Virus record (IMG/VR): IMGVR_UViG_3300037608_000244
Span: 1-39,466 of that record
Strand: one strand, 5' to 3'
Source: a virus
Taxonomy: Duplodnaviria; Caudoviricetes
DNA length: 39,466 bases
Below the pieces are notes generated by a model. The model was not told the origin of the DNA. It saw only the letters and a list, made by a program, of their open reading frames with translations, and made no database searches. This document shows, in pieces, positions 26,101 through 34,045 of the stretch; the first letter of the stretch is position 1, and each line of letters begins with the position of its first letter. The position numbers were made by a program, and so were the translations under genes.

Positions 26101-26856
26101 AACCCGGTTACGGGGTATGTAAGACTGAATTCTCAGGAAGGACAGAATCCGGGGAGAAGTTTGTTGGGCGGTTTAATCGGGGAAGAAGCAGCGGGTTATG
26201 TAGCGATGGCCGGGAAAATGCTTGCGACATATTACGGCGGGCCTATTGGAGCAATGATAGCGACAGGAGGCGGGGAGTTGTTGGGAAACGCAATACAGGG
26301 TAATGATATTGATTTTGCTCAAATTGGGATAGATACCGCGCAAGCAGGGGCGACGGCTTATATTACGAAAGGAATTGGAGAATGGGTAAAAGGTTTAGAC
26401 TTGTCCAAATTATCTACGATGGCGTTGAAATTCGGGGCAAATTATGCCGCTGGTACAGCAATTGCGATGGCGGCTAATGCTGCAAGGGGTGCTATAGGCG
26501 GTGATGCTGGCGGCTCCATGTCAGTAAAATATATGGGTGCGAATGATAACGGCTTGCTGGCTGGGTTAAGCGGCCTTATGGCGGGAATCGCGCCTAAGTC
26601 ATACGCACTATCCGCAAAAAACGGGCTTGATTATGTGCCCAGGGATAATTTTTTGATAAATGCGCATGAAGGCGAGGCGGTGTTGACAAAGCAGGAAAAC
26701 AGGGAGAGGATGAGCGGGGGTAAAACGGGCAGTTTTGACCTTCCTCCTGTCCAGGTTAATGTTGTTGTTGATAACAGGGTCCTGACATCGATTATATATA
26801 AACAGAGCAAGGCCGGCGTAAAAATTATGCATACACGGGGGATAACAGACATATGA
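23143..26856 (+). CDS. Tail tape measure protein
   Basis: [28 protein letters not shown] tape-measure N-terminal domain; long helical Ala/Lys/Glu-rich body; 1237 aa. Confidence 0.95.
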   Translation: [1237 protein letters not shown]

Positions 26857-27623
26857 GTATATTATTTCTCCACAACAACCTCCTGGACACGGCGACTCTT
26901 ACGGCAAGCAGCGCGGCTATCGGGTTTCCGGCGAATAATCTCAAGAATCCTTTCCGGACAAAGACATGGAAGACAGCCGGAGCAACTGCAGGGACGGCAC
27001 AGCTTGTCATAGATCACGGCACTGCAAAGGCGGTCAACGCGATTGCTCTAACGGGTTATCCTGACTGGCTCGCGGCTCCGGGAACGCTTCAGGTTGAATT
27101 TAACGATACGAATGTATGGGGCGCACCGGCGGCAACGGAAGCCCTGACATGGCTTGCGCCTACAACGCCGGGCGGAAATAAGGGCTCTATAATAAAAAAA
27201 CTGGCAGCGACACGAACCTACCGGTATAACCGTCTTTCCGTTGTTAACGCTCCGGGTGACTGGAATCTGGGAAGACTTTTTGTGGGGACGTATTTCGAGC
27301 CTGCTATTGATTACGGCTGGGGATATAGCGAGGAGGTTGTTATCCCTTCTCTGATATCAAAATCCATAGGAGGGCAGGCTCACGTTGATGAGATAGAAAA
27401 GTACAGGGTTATCCGCTGTAACGGCGTTATTGAAACTCAGGCTCAGTGGGTGCTTTATCAGGCCATGATTAATATTGTGGGCATGGAAAAGGAATTCTTT
27501 GTTGATTTTAACTTTTCCGGTGAGCTGGTGGAAAAGTTCATATACGGCAGTTTTTCAAAAGTACCGACAATTACCCGACCTTTTCATTTTACCTATGATT
27601 TTGAATTCACGGAGTCCCGCTGA
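26853..27623 (+). CDS. Putative distal tail protein
   Basis: Follows the tape measure; FPA.NL.......W and LGRLF.G motifs typical of tail-tip proteins. Confidence 0.6.
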   Translation: MSILFLHNNLLDTATLTASSAAIGFPANNLKNPFRTKTWKTAGATAGTAQLVIDHGTAKAVNAIALTGYPDWLAAPGTLQVEFNDTNVWGAPAATEALTWLAPTTPGGNKGSIIKKLAATRTYRYNRLSVVNAPGDWNLGRLFVGTYFEPAIDYGWGYSEEVVIPSLISKSIGGQAHVDEIEKYRVIRCNGVIETQAQWVLYQAMINIVGMEKEFFVDFNFSGELVEKFIYGSFSKVPTITRPFHFTYDFEFTESR

Positions 27624-29545
27624 TGGGTTTAACAACAACCTTTGCCGATCTGGTAGATTCACCCGTATCCGAAAAGGTTTTCCTTTGTGAAGCGAAGCCG
27701 GGCGAACAGGTGACAAACTTTACTCTCACAGCCGGGAAAACATATACATATGAAATAACATACCTTAATGAAATTGTAACCCTTACTGACAATGCAACTG
27801 AGACAGTGAGAAAGGCCGTTGTTGTCTGTGAACTTGACGGCACGGCTTTAACAGCAAAAACAAGCATTGTTGAAGTGGAAGCTACAGCAGGATCATACTG
27901 GCACGATACGGCAAACAGTAAATTATATATACACCCAACAGACGACGGCTCTCCGAACCATCATACAATCATCGTCTATTTCTGGGTCTATTTCGCCACA
28001 AAGGGGATCACCCTTGATTCCCGGTATTATGAGCCCTACATCGCGGAGGACGGCATTCCGTCCATATCTCAGGAATCACAGTCAATCCACTGGGGAGCTT
28101 CTCAAATATCAAGCGGGTCTGTAGTCCTGCTCAACGGGCGTGGATATTTTGATCAGATAGCCAGGCGGTGGATATGGAATAACAAAGATATTAAGCTTCT
28201 TCTGGGCGGGGACGCGCTTCCCTATCCGGAGTACACCTGCATCTTTGCCGGTAAGATCATGCAGGCAGCATTTACCAAAACAAAATACACGATTGAAATT
28301 GAATCAAAGAGCTTTGCCCTTTTGCGGTCATTGCCGATAAACAACTTCTGGATATCGACCTGGGCGAATCTCGACCCGTCCGCTGAAGGGAAACCGATCC
28401 CCTATTATTGGGGATCATATGACGCGGCTCAGGCTCCGATTGTGACATGCATTAACACTGCCTACGGGGCAAATGTTTATCAATTCAAGATTTGTGACTG
28501 CGCTTTCCACGCCATTAAATCCATTACTCAGGTATATGTTGATTATGGAGACGGCGCAGGCTGGCAAACTATAGCGCACAGCAATGAGGATTTGACCAAC
28601 GGGACTTTTACTATTTCCTCAGCTTCCTTTGTCCTGGGAACATCCAGTGTTAAAGTTGCTTTTGAGGGCTATCATTCCGGAGGGGTGCTGATTGAAGGCG
28701 CTCCGGAGATCGTGGAAGACCTTTTGCTGAATCAATGCGGGTATGCCGCCGCGGACCTCAATGCGGCGGCTTTTACCGCGTCAAAGGTAGTGAGCACATG
28801 TGAATTGAATGTTGCTGTAGAGACGGAAACAGCGGCGTTGACGATCATCGAGACGGCCTGTCAGTCAGACCTTGCCTTTTTTGATGAGGACGGCTCCGGG
28901 CTCTTGCGGTATCGGACATGGTATCCGTCAAATACCGGTACCGTTCCTGTTTTGGCAAAAGAGGATATACAGGAAGAACCTGAAATAGTTGACGACAGCT
29001 CACAGTTATACTGGAAGGTAAAAATAGGCTATGCCTGGCAAGGGCCTACCGGGGAACGTCTCTACACGGAAGCCTCGAATAATGAATCAAAATACAGATA
29101 CAAATCAGATGATTATTTGACAATAGATACGTATCTGAGGTCAAAAGCCGACGCTGAAGAGCTTGCCGCACGTCTGAACTGGATTACAAGGAGTCCTTCT
29201 CCGGTCATATCATTAATACTCAAGGCCGGGCAGATCAGCAAAACCCTGGGGGATAAAGTGTCAGTAACACTGGCACGAGCCCCGTATCAGACACCCGGAG
29301 GGTATACAGAAAGGGTTTTTGAAATTATCAGCAAAGAGGTTTCCTGCTTCCCTTTATTTGTCAAGCTGCGAGGCCGCGACCTCATGGACTTTGGCAATAA
29401 TGTCGGTTTCTGGATGGGCGATACTGCACCCGACTGGGCGACGGCAACCGATCAGGAAAAAGATAACTCCGGTTTCTGGTGTGATGATGACGGCCTTTGC
29501 CTCACATCGGACGCGGAATCATTAAATAAATCATTATGGTGGTGA
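27623..29545 (+). CDS. Putative tail tip/hub protein
   Basis: EGKPIP..WG motif; 640 aa; position in the tail module. Confidence 0.65.
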   Translation: MGLTTTFADLVDSPVSEKVFLCEAKPGEQVTNFTLTAGKTYTYEITYLNEIVTLTDNATETVRKAVVVCELDGTALTAKTSIVEVEATAGSYWHDTANSKLYIHPTDDGSPNHHTIIVYFWVYFATKGITLDSRYYEPYIAEDGIPSISQESQSIHWGASQISSGSVVLLNGRGYFDQIARRWIWNNKDIKLLLGGDALPYPEYTCIFAGKIMQAAFTKTKYTIEIESKSFALLRSLPINNFWISTWANLDPSAEGKPIPYYWGSYDAAQAPIVTCINTAYGANVYQFKICDCAFHAIKSITQVYVDYGDGAGWQTIAHSNEDLTNGTFTISSASFVLGTSSVKVAFEGYHSGGVLIEGAPEIVEDLLLNQCGYAAADLNAAAFTASKVVSTCELNVAVETETAALTIIETACQSDLAFFDEDGSGLLRYRTWYPSNTGTVPVLAKEDIQEEPEIVDDSSQLYWKVKIGYAWQGPTGERLYTEASNNESKYRYKSDDYLTIDTYLRSKADAEELAARLNWITRSPSPVISLILKAGQISKTLGDKVSVTLARAPYQTPGGYTERVFEIISKEVSCFPLFVKLRGRDLMDFGNNVGFWMGDTAPDWATATDQEKDNSGFWCDDDGLCLTSDAESLNKSLWW

Positions 29546-29549
29546 CAAT

Positions 29550-30221
29550 ATGGCGCGAACAGCAACCAACCCGACAACGATTGGAAATGCTACAAAAAAA
29601 AGCGACTACAATAAATTATGGGATAATGCCGATCTGTTATTCGGTGAGCATGGAGACGACGGCGCACACAGCAAGGCGATGGTGCAGCTTACTGCAAACA
29701 GATTAGTAAGGGCTAATGCATCAAAAATACTTACCGCGTCCGCTATGGAAGAGTCTGCCGCCGGCGAGGTTGTAAATGCCAGTCAACCGGCATTTTTAGC
29801 GCGTTTAAATACATCAGGCGCAGCCGTTACCGGCGAGGGATCGGTATACACGGTTATATTCGATACTGAGGTTTTCGATCAAAACGCGGATTTTGATATA
29901 TCAACGGGCATATTTACCGCCCCGGTGGCGGGCAGATACCGGTTTGAATGCGCTGTGCATTTGTCGCATCTTGCCGCCGCGCATAACTTTTACTGGTTGT
30001 CAATTCTTACCAGCAACAGAGAATATGCCATATATGATCAGTTTGCAGCAGGCGCAAACCCCTTTGTATCACATAAGTCTATGGTACTGTCATGCCTGGC
30101 AGATATGGACGCAGGGGATACAGCCAAAGTAACTACATACGTCAGCGGAGGCACCGGCGTTGTGGTTGTTGATGGATCAGGAACCGTATATACATTTTTT
30201 AGCGGCAGTCTGGTTTGCTAA
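29550..30221 (+). CDS. Tail fibre/spike with C-terminal C1q-like domain
   Basis: PAF.A......VIFDTE.FD....FD..TG.FTAPVAG.Y.F....GDT..V...FSG pattern. Confidence 0.8.
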   Translation: MARTATNPTTIGNATKKSDYNKLWDNADLLFGEHGDDGAHSKAMVQLTANRLVRANASKILTASAMEESAAGEVVNASQPAFLARLNTSGAAVTGEGSVYTVIFDTEVFDQNADFDISTGIFTAPVAGRYRFECAVHLSHLAAAHNFYWLSILTSNREYAIYDQFAAGANPFVSHKSMVLSCLADMDAGDTAKVTTYVSGGTGVVVVDGSGTVYTFFSGSLVC

Positions 30222-30233
30222 AGGAGGATACAA

Positions 30234-30440
30234 ATGGTATTGTCAGATGAAGATAGGGCAGTGTTGAATCATATAGTGATTGACGCTGATGTCTGGGCAG
30301 AACACGCAGTTGAAACGATAGGAGAATCGGCTGTAACGGCAAAAATAGAGCGCTGGAAACCTGTTTATCTTGCCGAAAAAGAAAGGCTTGGGGAAGATTA
30401 CAAGACAAGAGCGGAACGGGAAACAGAAGTGATGATTTGA
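30234..30440 (+). CDS. Small hypothetical protein (possible fibre-associated)
   Basis: AAGGAGG RBS; last gene of the late operon. Confidence 0.7.
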   Translation: MVLSDEDRAVLNHIVIDADVWAEHAVETIGESAVTAKIERWKPVYLAEKERLGEDYKTRAERETEVMI

Positions 30441-30452
30441 AACCCTATAATT

Positions 30453-30797
30453 TTATGGCCATGGAAAATCCCTATACACCTTAAGTACGGCAGCGCATGT
30501 ATCGGGGCTTCTCCCTTCTTTCTGCTCCTGGGCATTATATGTTATAGCCTCTGCAAAAATCGGCAAGTATCTTTTGTTATCTCCGGAGGCTTTGGTAAAC
30601 CTTTTATCAAACCATTTGCTGACCTGTTGCATAGGCTTTTCTATTTTAGCTCCACAGGCCACAGTTCTGCCCAGGACCACCGCGTATGTTGTCATTTTAT
30701 CTATGTCGGCTTTAGAAGCGGCAAACGCTGGTTGTGAAAAGCCTATGCTTAATACAGCAAAATAAAATATCATTTTCTTTCCTATTTTTTTATCCAT
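30453..30797 (-). CDS. Predicted secreted/periplasmic protein
   Basis: Signal-peptide-like KK-hydrophobic-PAFA|A; two Cys in the mature part. Confidence 0.7.
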   Translation of the reverse strand: MDKKIGKKMIFYFAVLSIGFSQPAFAASKADIDKMTTYAVVLGRTVACGAKIEKPMQQVSKWFDKRFTKASGDNKRYLPIFAEAITYNAQEQKEGRSPDTCAAVLKVYRDFPWP

Positions 30798-31053
30798 GCT
30801 GCCACCATGCGCCGAAACGGCTATAGATATAAAGGCCTAATCCCAAAAGAGAACCTACAATACCAACCGGAGGATATGTAAATAGGAAGATAAATCCAAT
30901 GAAAAATATTAATAACCCTATTAACTGTACTTTTTTGTATTGTTTTCCGGTAGCTTCAATGGTTACGGCTTGTACGGGATGCCCACAGGAAGGGCATGAT
31001 TTTGCCATACTGGAAATCTCCTTTTTGCATTCTGAACATTTTATAAGCGCCAT
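30790..31053 (-). CDS. Zinc-ribbon protein with two TM helices
   Basis: MALIKCSEC..EIS..A..CP.CG.P followed by two hydrophobic helices. Confidence 0.85.
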   Translation of the reverse strand: MALIKCSECKKEISSMAKSCPSCGHPVQAVTIEATGKQYKKVQLIGLLIFFIGFIFLFTYPPVGIVGSLLGLGLYIYSRFGAWWQHG

Positions 31054-31062
31054 AAATCTCCC

Positions 31063-31473
31063 TTATATTATCATTTCCGATACTGCCTTTTCTTCCTTCT
31101 CTTTTATAACCCAGCCTATACCCTCAAATTCTTTTATGCTTTCATCGTCATTGTAGATTGCTCTATTATACCACCTGATTTTCATGCCGTGTATATTATC
31201 AATATACGTGCGGATCGGTTCCTCTTTTGTAAATAAATAAATCCGCTTTGCAATCTTTTTCCGCTGTTCTTTATCGTGCATATCTTTAAGTATGGTATCA
31301 CCCGGACGGCCGGGAAGGTATTTCCGGCACATTTCATTGACATAGGTAAGCGTTCCATCGGGCAGAAATCTCGCTGCAAGAATATGCCTGGAAGCGCGAA
31401 ACATAATGGTTTCATATATATACTCAATGGTTAATACCTTGCCTGATTGCATATTCTTTATATCAAATAGCAT
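31063..31473 (-). CDS. Stand-alone PAS-domain protein
   Basis: RFLPDGTLTYVNE..KY and W.NRAIY.D...I.EF.GIG match PAS/PAC segments of bacterial sensor kinases; TAATG overlap with the repressor stop. Confidence 0.75.
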   Translation of the reverse strand: MLFDIKNMQSGKVLTIEYIYETIMFRASRHILAARFLPDGTLTYVNEMCRKYLPGRPGDTILKDMHDKEQRKKIAKRIYLFTKEEPIRTYIDNIHGMKIRWYNRAIYNDDESIKEFEGIGWVIKEKEEKAVSEMII

Positions 31474-32066
31474 TAACTGTTTCCAACCCTTTTTTTGTCT
31501 ACGCTTCCCCTTTCCCCACCCCCCGTTATTTTTGATATTGTTTTAGGCTTTACAGGCTGGCTCGGCGGATGGCTTGGAGCAGGTACAGCAGGATTTACAA
31601 GCCTGACAAATTCCCTTAAGTTCTGTTTAATCGCTAATTTTGTCCCCTCCTGATCTGAACCAAGAATCGCAGACAACATAAGAAAAGCATCTTTATCTTC
31701 TGGCGATGAATCTATACAGGTTTTACAAATCGTGCGGCAAACAATGTCAGCGGGGCAATTGGCGGTGTATTCGCTGCTTGTATCGTTTACAATAGTATTT
31801 ACGCCGTTTGGATGAGATTCAAGCTCTGGGGGGTTAATCTTATTATCTGCTTTACCTGAAAAATAATTTGAAGCTAAATGAAGCTTATTTATGATGACAG
31901 ATAGATTTTCAGTAGTGGGCTTAGATAACCCCTTTTCCCAGCGCATAACAGTCTGTTTCCGGACACCAAGTAGCAGCCCCATGCTTTCCTGATTTATTTT
32001 CCGGTTCTTTCGTAATTGTTTAAAAAGCCCCGGAAATGTATCTTGATTAAAAAATGTACTATTCAT
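31473..32066 (-). CDS. CI-like repressor (XRE HTH) lacking an S24 peptidase domain
   Basis: LFKQLRKNRKINQESMGLLLGVRKQTVMRWEKGLSKP; divergent from the early operon. Start 32066 preferred; 32096 possible. Confidence 0.85.
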   Translation of the reverse strand: MNSTFFNQDTFPGLFKQLRKNRKINQESMGLLLGVRKQTVMRWEKGLSKPTTENLSVIINKLHLASNYFSGKADNKINPPELESHPNGVNTIVNDTSSEYTANCPADIVCRTICKTCIDSSPEDKDAFLMLSAILGSDQEGTKLAIKQNLREFVRLVNPAVPAPSHPPSQPVKPKTISKITGGGERGSVDKKRVGNS

Positions 32067-32079
32067 AGTTATTTTTTTC

Positions 32080-32109
32080 TTGACATAAATAAACATACTT
32101 GTTTATTAT
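32080..32109 (+). promoter_or_regulatory. Rightward early promoter with overlapping palindromic operator
   Basis: TTGACA (32080-32085), 18 nt, TATTAT (32104-32109); AATAAACA-tact-TGTTTATT at 32088-32107. Confidence 0.7.
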
Positions 32110-32143
32110 TCCATTATGACATTCCATAAAATTCATAATGGAA
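32109..32143. repeat. Perfect 11-bp inverted repeat
   Basis: TTCCATTATGA-N13-TCATAATGGAA. Confidence 0.8.
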
Positions 32144-32173
32144 ACAGCAAATAAACCGTAAAGGAGATAAATC

Positions 32174-32815
32174 GTGGCTGAAGAAAAATCTTTTAATAAC
32201 CCTCCTACTGCACGTAAACCACGGGTAATTCTTTCTGAGCTTAATTTTGAAGAGCGTTTAAGTTTCTTGGCAAATAAATCAACAGAATCTGCAAATAATA
32301 CGCTCATATCACCCCTCGGAAGAGAAGTTCACCGGCACATAGCAAAGACTTACCTGCATTCCCTTAAAATGTATCAAGAAACCCATCCTAAATCCCCCTT
32401 TAATAATTCCAAAACTCTTTTCATATCACAGTGGGTGGCCTGGATAAAAACGTCAATATCTTCATTTCGGGAAAGGTTTTTTAATGTTTCGCCCGCAAGA
32501 TTTTCCAAATTGCCGGATAATATATTTCCCAATTCAACACTGCAAGAGTCTGTAATTTCACACACAGAGAATTCACCATTATCCAACTCAACAGCAAAAA
32601 AGCCTATTCTCTCATTTAACCCTTTTACAATGCCTTTCAATTTATGCACCTCCAATAAACACTACGCAAAACAGGCGTTGAGTACGAAGAGAGCCCAGCC
32701 ACGAGCCTTAAACGGAAAAACGCCTGTCTTCGTTTTTAATTCTCCAAATTTTACAAGGGTTTTGTCAAGCATATTATTAATGTATACCGGGTTTGCCGCC
32801 TTGCGGCAATTATAA
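32174..32815 (+). CDS. Hypothetical first early gene (cro position)
   Basis: Strong AAGGAG RBS with GTG start; no HTH recognised; the 3' part overlaps an antisense gene. Confidence 0.45.
   Translation: MAEEKSFNNPPTARKPRVILSELNFEERLSFLANKSTESANNTLISPLGREVHRHIAKTYLHSLKMYQETHPKSPFNNSKTLFISQWVAWIKTSISSFRERFFNVSPARFSKLPDNIFPNSTLQESVISHTENSPLSNSTAKKPILSFNPFTMPFNLCTSNKHYAKQALSTKRAQPRALNGKTPVFVFNSPNFTRVLSSILLMYTGFAALRQL
32374..32640 (-). CDS. Small OB-fold-like hypothetical protein
   Basis: GGAGGT RBS then TTG at 32640; KGIVK.LN...GFFAVE..NG.F beta pattern resembling cold-shock/OB folds. Confidence 0.65.
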   Translation of the reverse strand: MKGIVKGLNERIGFFAVELDNGEFSVCEITDSCSVELGNILSGNLENLAGETLKNLSRNEDIDVFIQATHCDMKRVLELLKGDLGWVS

Positions 32816-32833
32816 CCAATAAAGGGAGGTATA

Positions 32834-33349
32834 ATGAAAAGCTATGAAGCGCTTCAAAAGGCTATTGCGGGCAAAACCGCCGAGCACGCCAGACGGCTCC
32901 ATCTGTCAACAATAACCGTCAATAAATGGCAGGAACCTACTACGGATTTTACCGACAGCGGAGCATTTAACTGTCTTGACCGTATTGAAACTATTGTCCA
33001 GACCGCCCTTGACCTGGGTATACCCAAGGATGATGCTTTTGCACCTATTTATTATCTGAACACAAAATTCGGACTCAACGCAGTAATGGATGAATCCGCC
33101 GAAGGGATTGAGGATCTATCCATGGAACTCGTCGAAACGCTCCGGGAAGTAGGACATTTAACAACAGCGGCAACGGACGCACTTTCTACCGGAGAGATAA
33201 CACAACTTCATGCCAGAAAAATTGAAGAAGAGGGAACACACCTTATAAGACGGGTATCATCGTTTATAAAAAAGACTCGTGAATTAACCCGTAAAAAACT
33301 GTCATTAAAACTCTTTTCCCGGAAGGCAAAGGAAGCAGCAGGACTATAG
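32834..33349 (+). CDS. Phage regulatory protein, CII (CP76)-like
   Basis: N-terminal HTH-like segment, P..YL...FG motif and C-terminal AL..G.IT..E...I..E motif. Confidence 0.7.
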   Translation: MKSYEALQKAIAGKTAEHARRLHLSTITVNKWQEPTTDFTDSGAFNCLDRIETIVQTALDLGIPKDDAFAPIYYLNTKFGLNAVMDESAEGIEDLSMELVETLREVGHLTTAATDALSTGEITQLHARKIEEEGTHLIRRVSSFIKKTRELTRKKLSLKLFSRKAKEAAGL

Positions 33350-33417
33350 TGAGAATCATATAAAAAAATTTTCATAATTTTCCGTGTAACGATTATGCCC
33401 ACAGGGAAAAACGGAAA

Positions 33418-33786
33418 ATGATTACAAGGAGGATGGATATGGACAGGAAACCTAAATTTATGATCGTGGAAGAAAAAAACAGGCGGACAATGCGGTGTTT
33501 CTTCTGGGTAGTCATCATTGTTGTTTTCCTGGGCGGGGTAATAGCCGGGAGCGAGATGAACAGCGATACTATTTATGAGAAAGGAAGGGCCGCTACGCTT
33601 GCGCATGTAAAGAAAGTAATAAAAGAACGCATGAAAGACGGCGGGATGTTTTATGTGGCTGACCTGGACATGAAAGTTTCCCCTCATCCGGATATGAAAA
33701 ATACGGTAACTCTCAGCTTTACTGACGATCCGGGATATGTATTGAAAACTGCTGCGGCGTCGAAAGGAGCCGGGGGGAAAAGATGA
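33418..33786 (+). CDS. Hypothetical single-TM protein
   Basis: One hydrophobic helix; start may be one of the downstream ATGs after AAGGAGG. Confidence 0.6.
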   Translation: MITRRMDMDRKPKFMIVEEKNRRTMRCFFWVVIIVVFLGGVIAGSEMNSDTIYEKGRAATLAHVKKVIKERMKDGGMFYVADLDMKVSPHPDMKNTVTLSFTDDPGYVLKTAAASKGAGGKR

Positions 33787-34031
33787 TTGAGGTCACTCAC
33801 GATGTAGCTTTCCATTGCGATGGATGCCGTAAGCGTGTTTATGATGATAGTGCTTATTGTCCTGACTGCTATGAGAAAACCAAAGCGGAAAATGAGCATC
33901 TTTTAAAAGAGAATGCACAATTAAAAAGTCTGCTCCAAGTCTATAAAATAGAATACACAGAACCTACAGCAAGAGCGCCTATTCTATACCCTGATTTTGC
34001 TAAAAAACATGGCATTGCTTGTGCTGCCTGA
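33783..34031 (+). CDS. Zinc-finger + coiled-coil hypothetical protein
   Basis: CDGC...CPDC followed by a heptad repeat. Confidence 0.65.
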   Translation: MIEVTHDVAFHCDGCRKRVYDDSAYCPDCYEKTKAENEHLLKENAQLKSLLQVYKIEYTEPTARAPILYPDFAKKHGIACAA

Positions 34032-34045
34032 AAGGAGATATACAT

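Noticed and set aside
32740-32768. Minus-strand promoter for the nested gene (TTGACA at 32768-32763)
   Set aside because: The nearest good -10 (TAAAAT) is only 9 nt away; spacing is incompatible with sigma70.
33377-33419. 9-bp inverted repeat ATTTTCCGT-N25-ACGGAAAAT
   Set aside because: AT-rich, long loop, no second copy or U-tract; no function can be supported.
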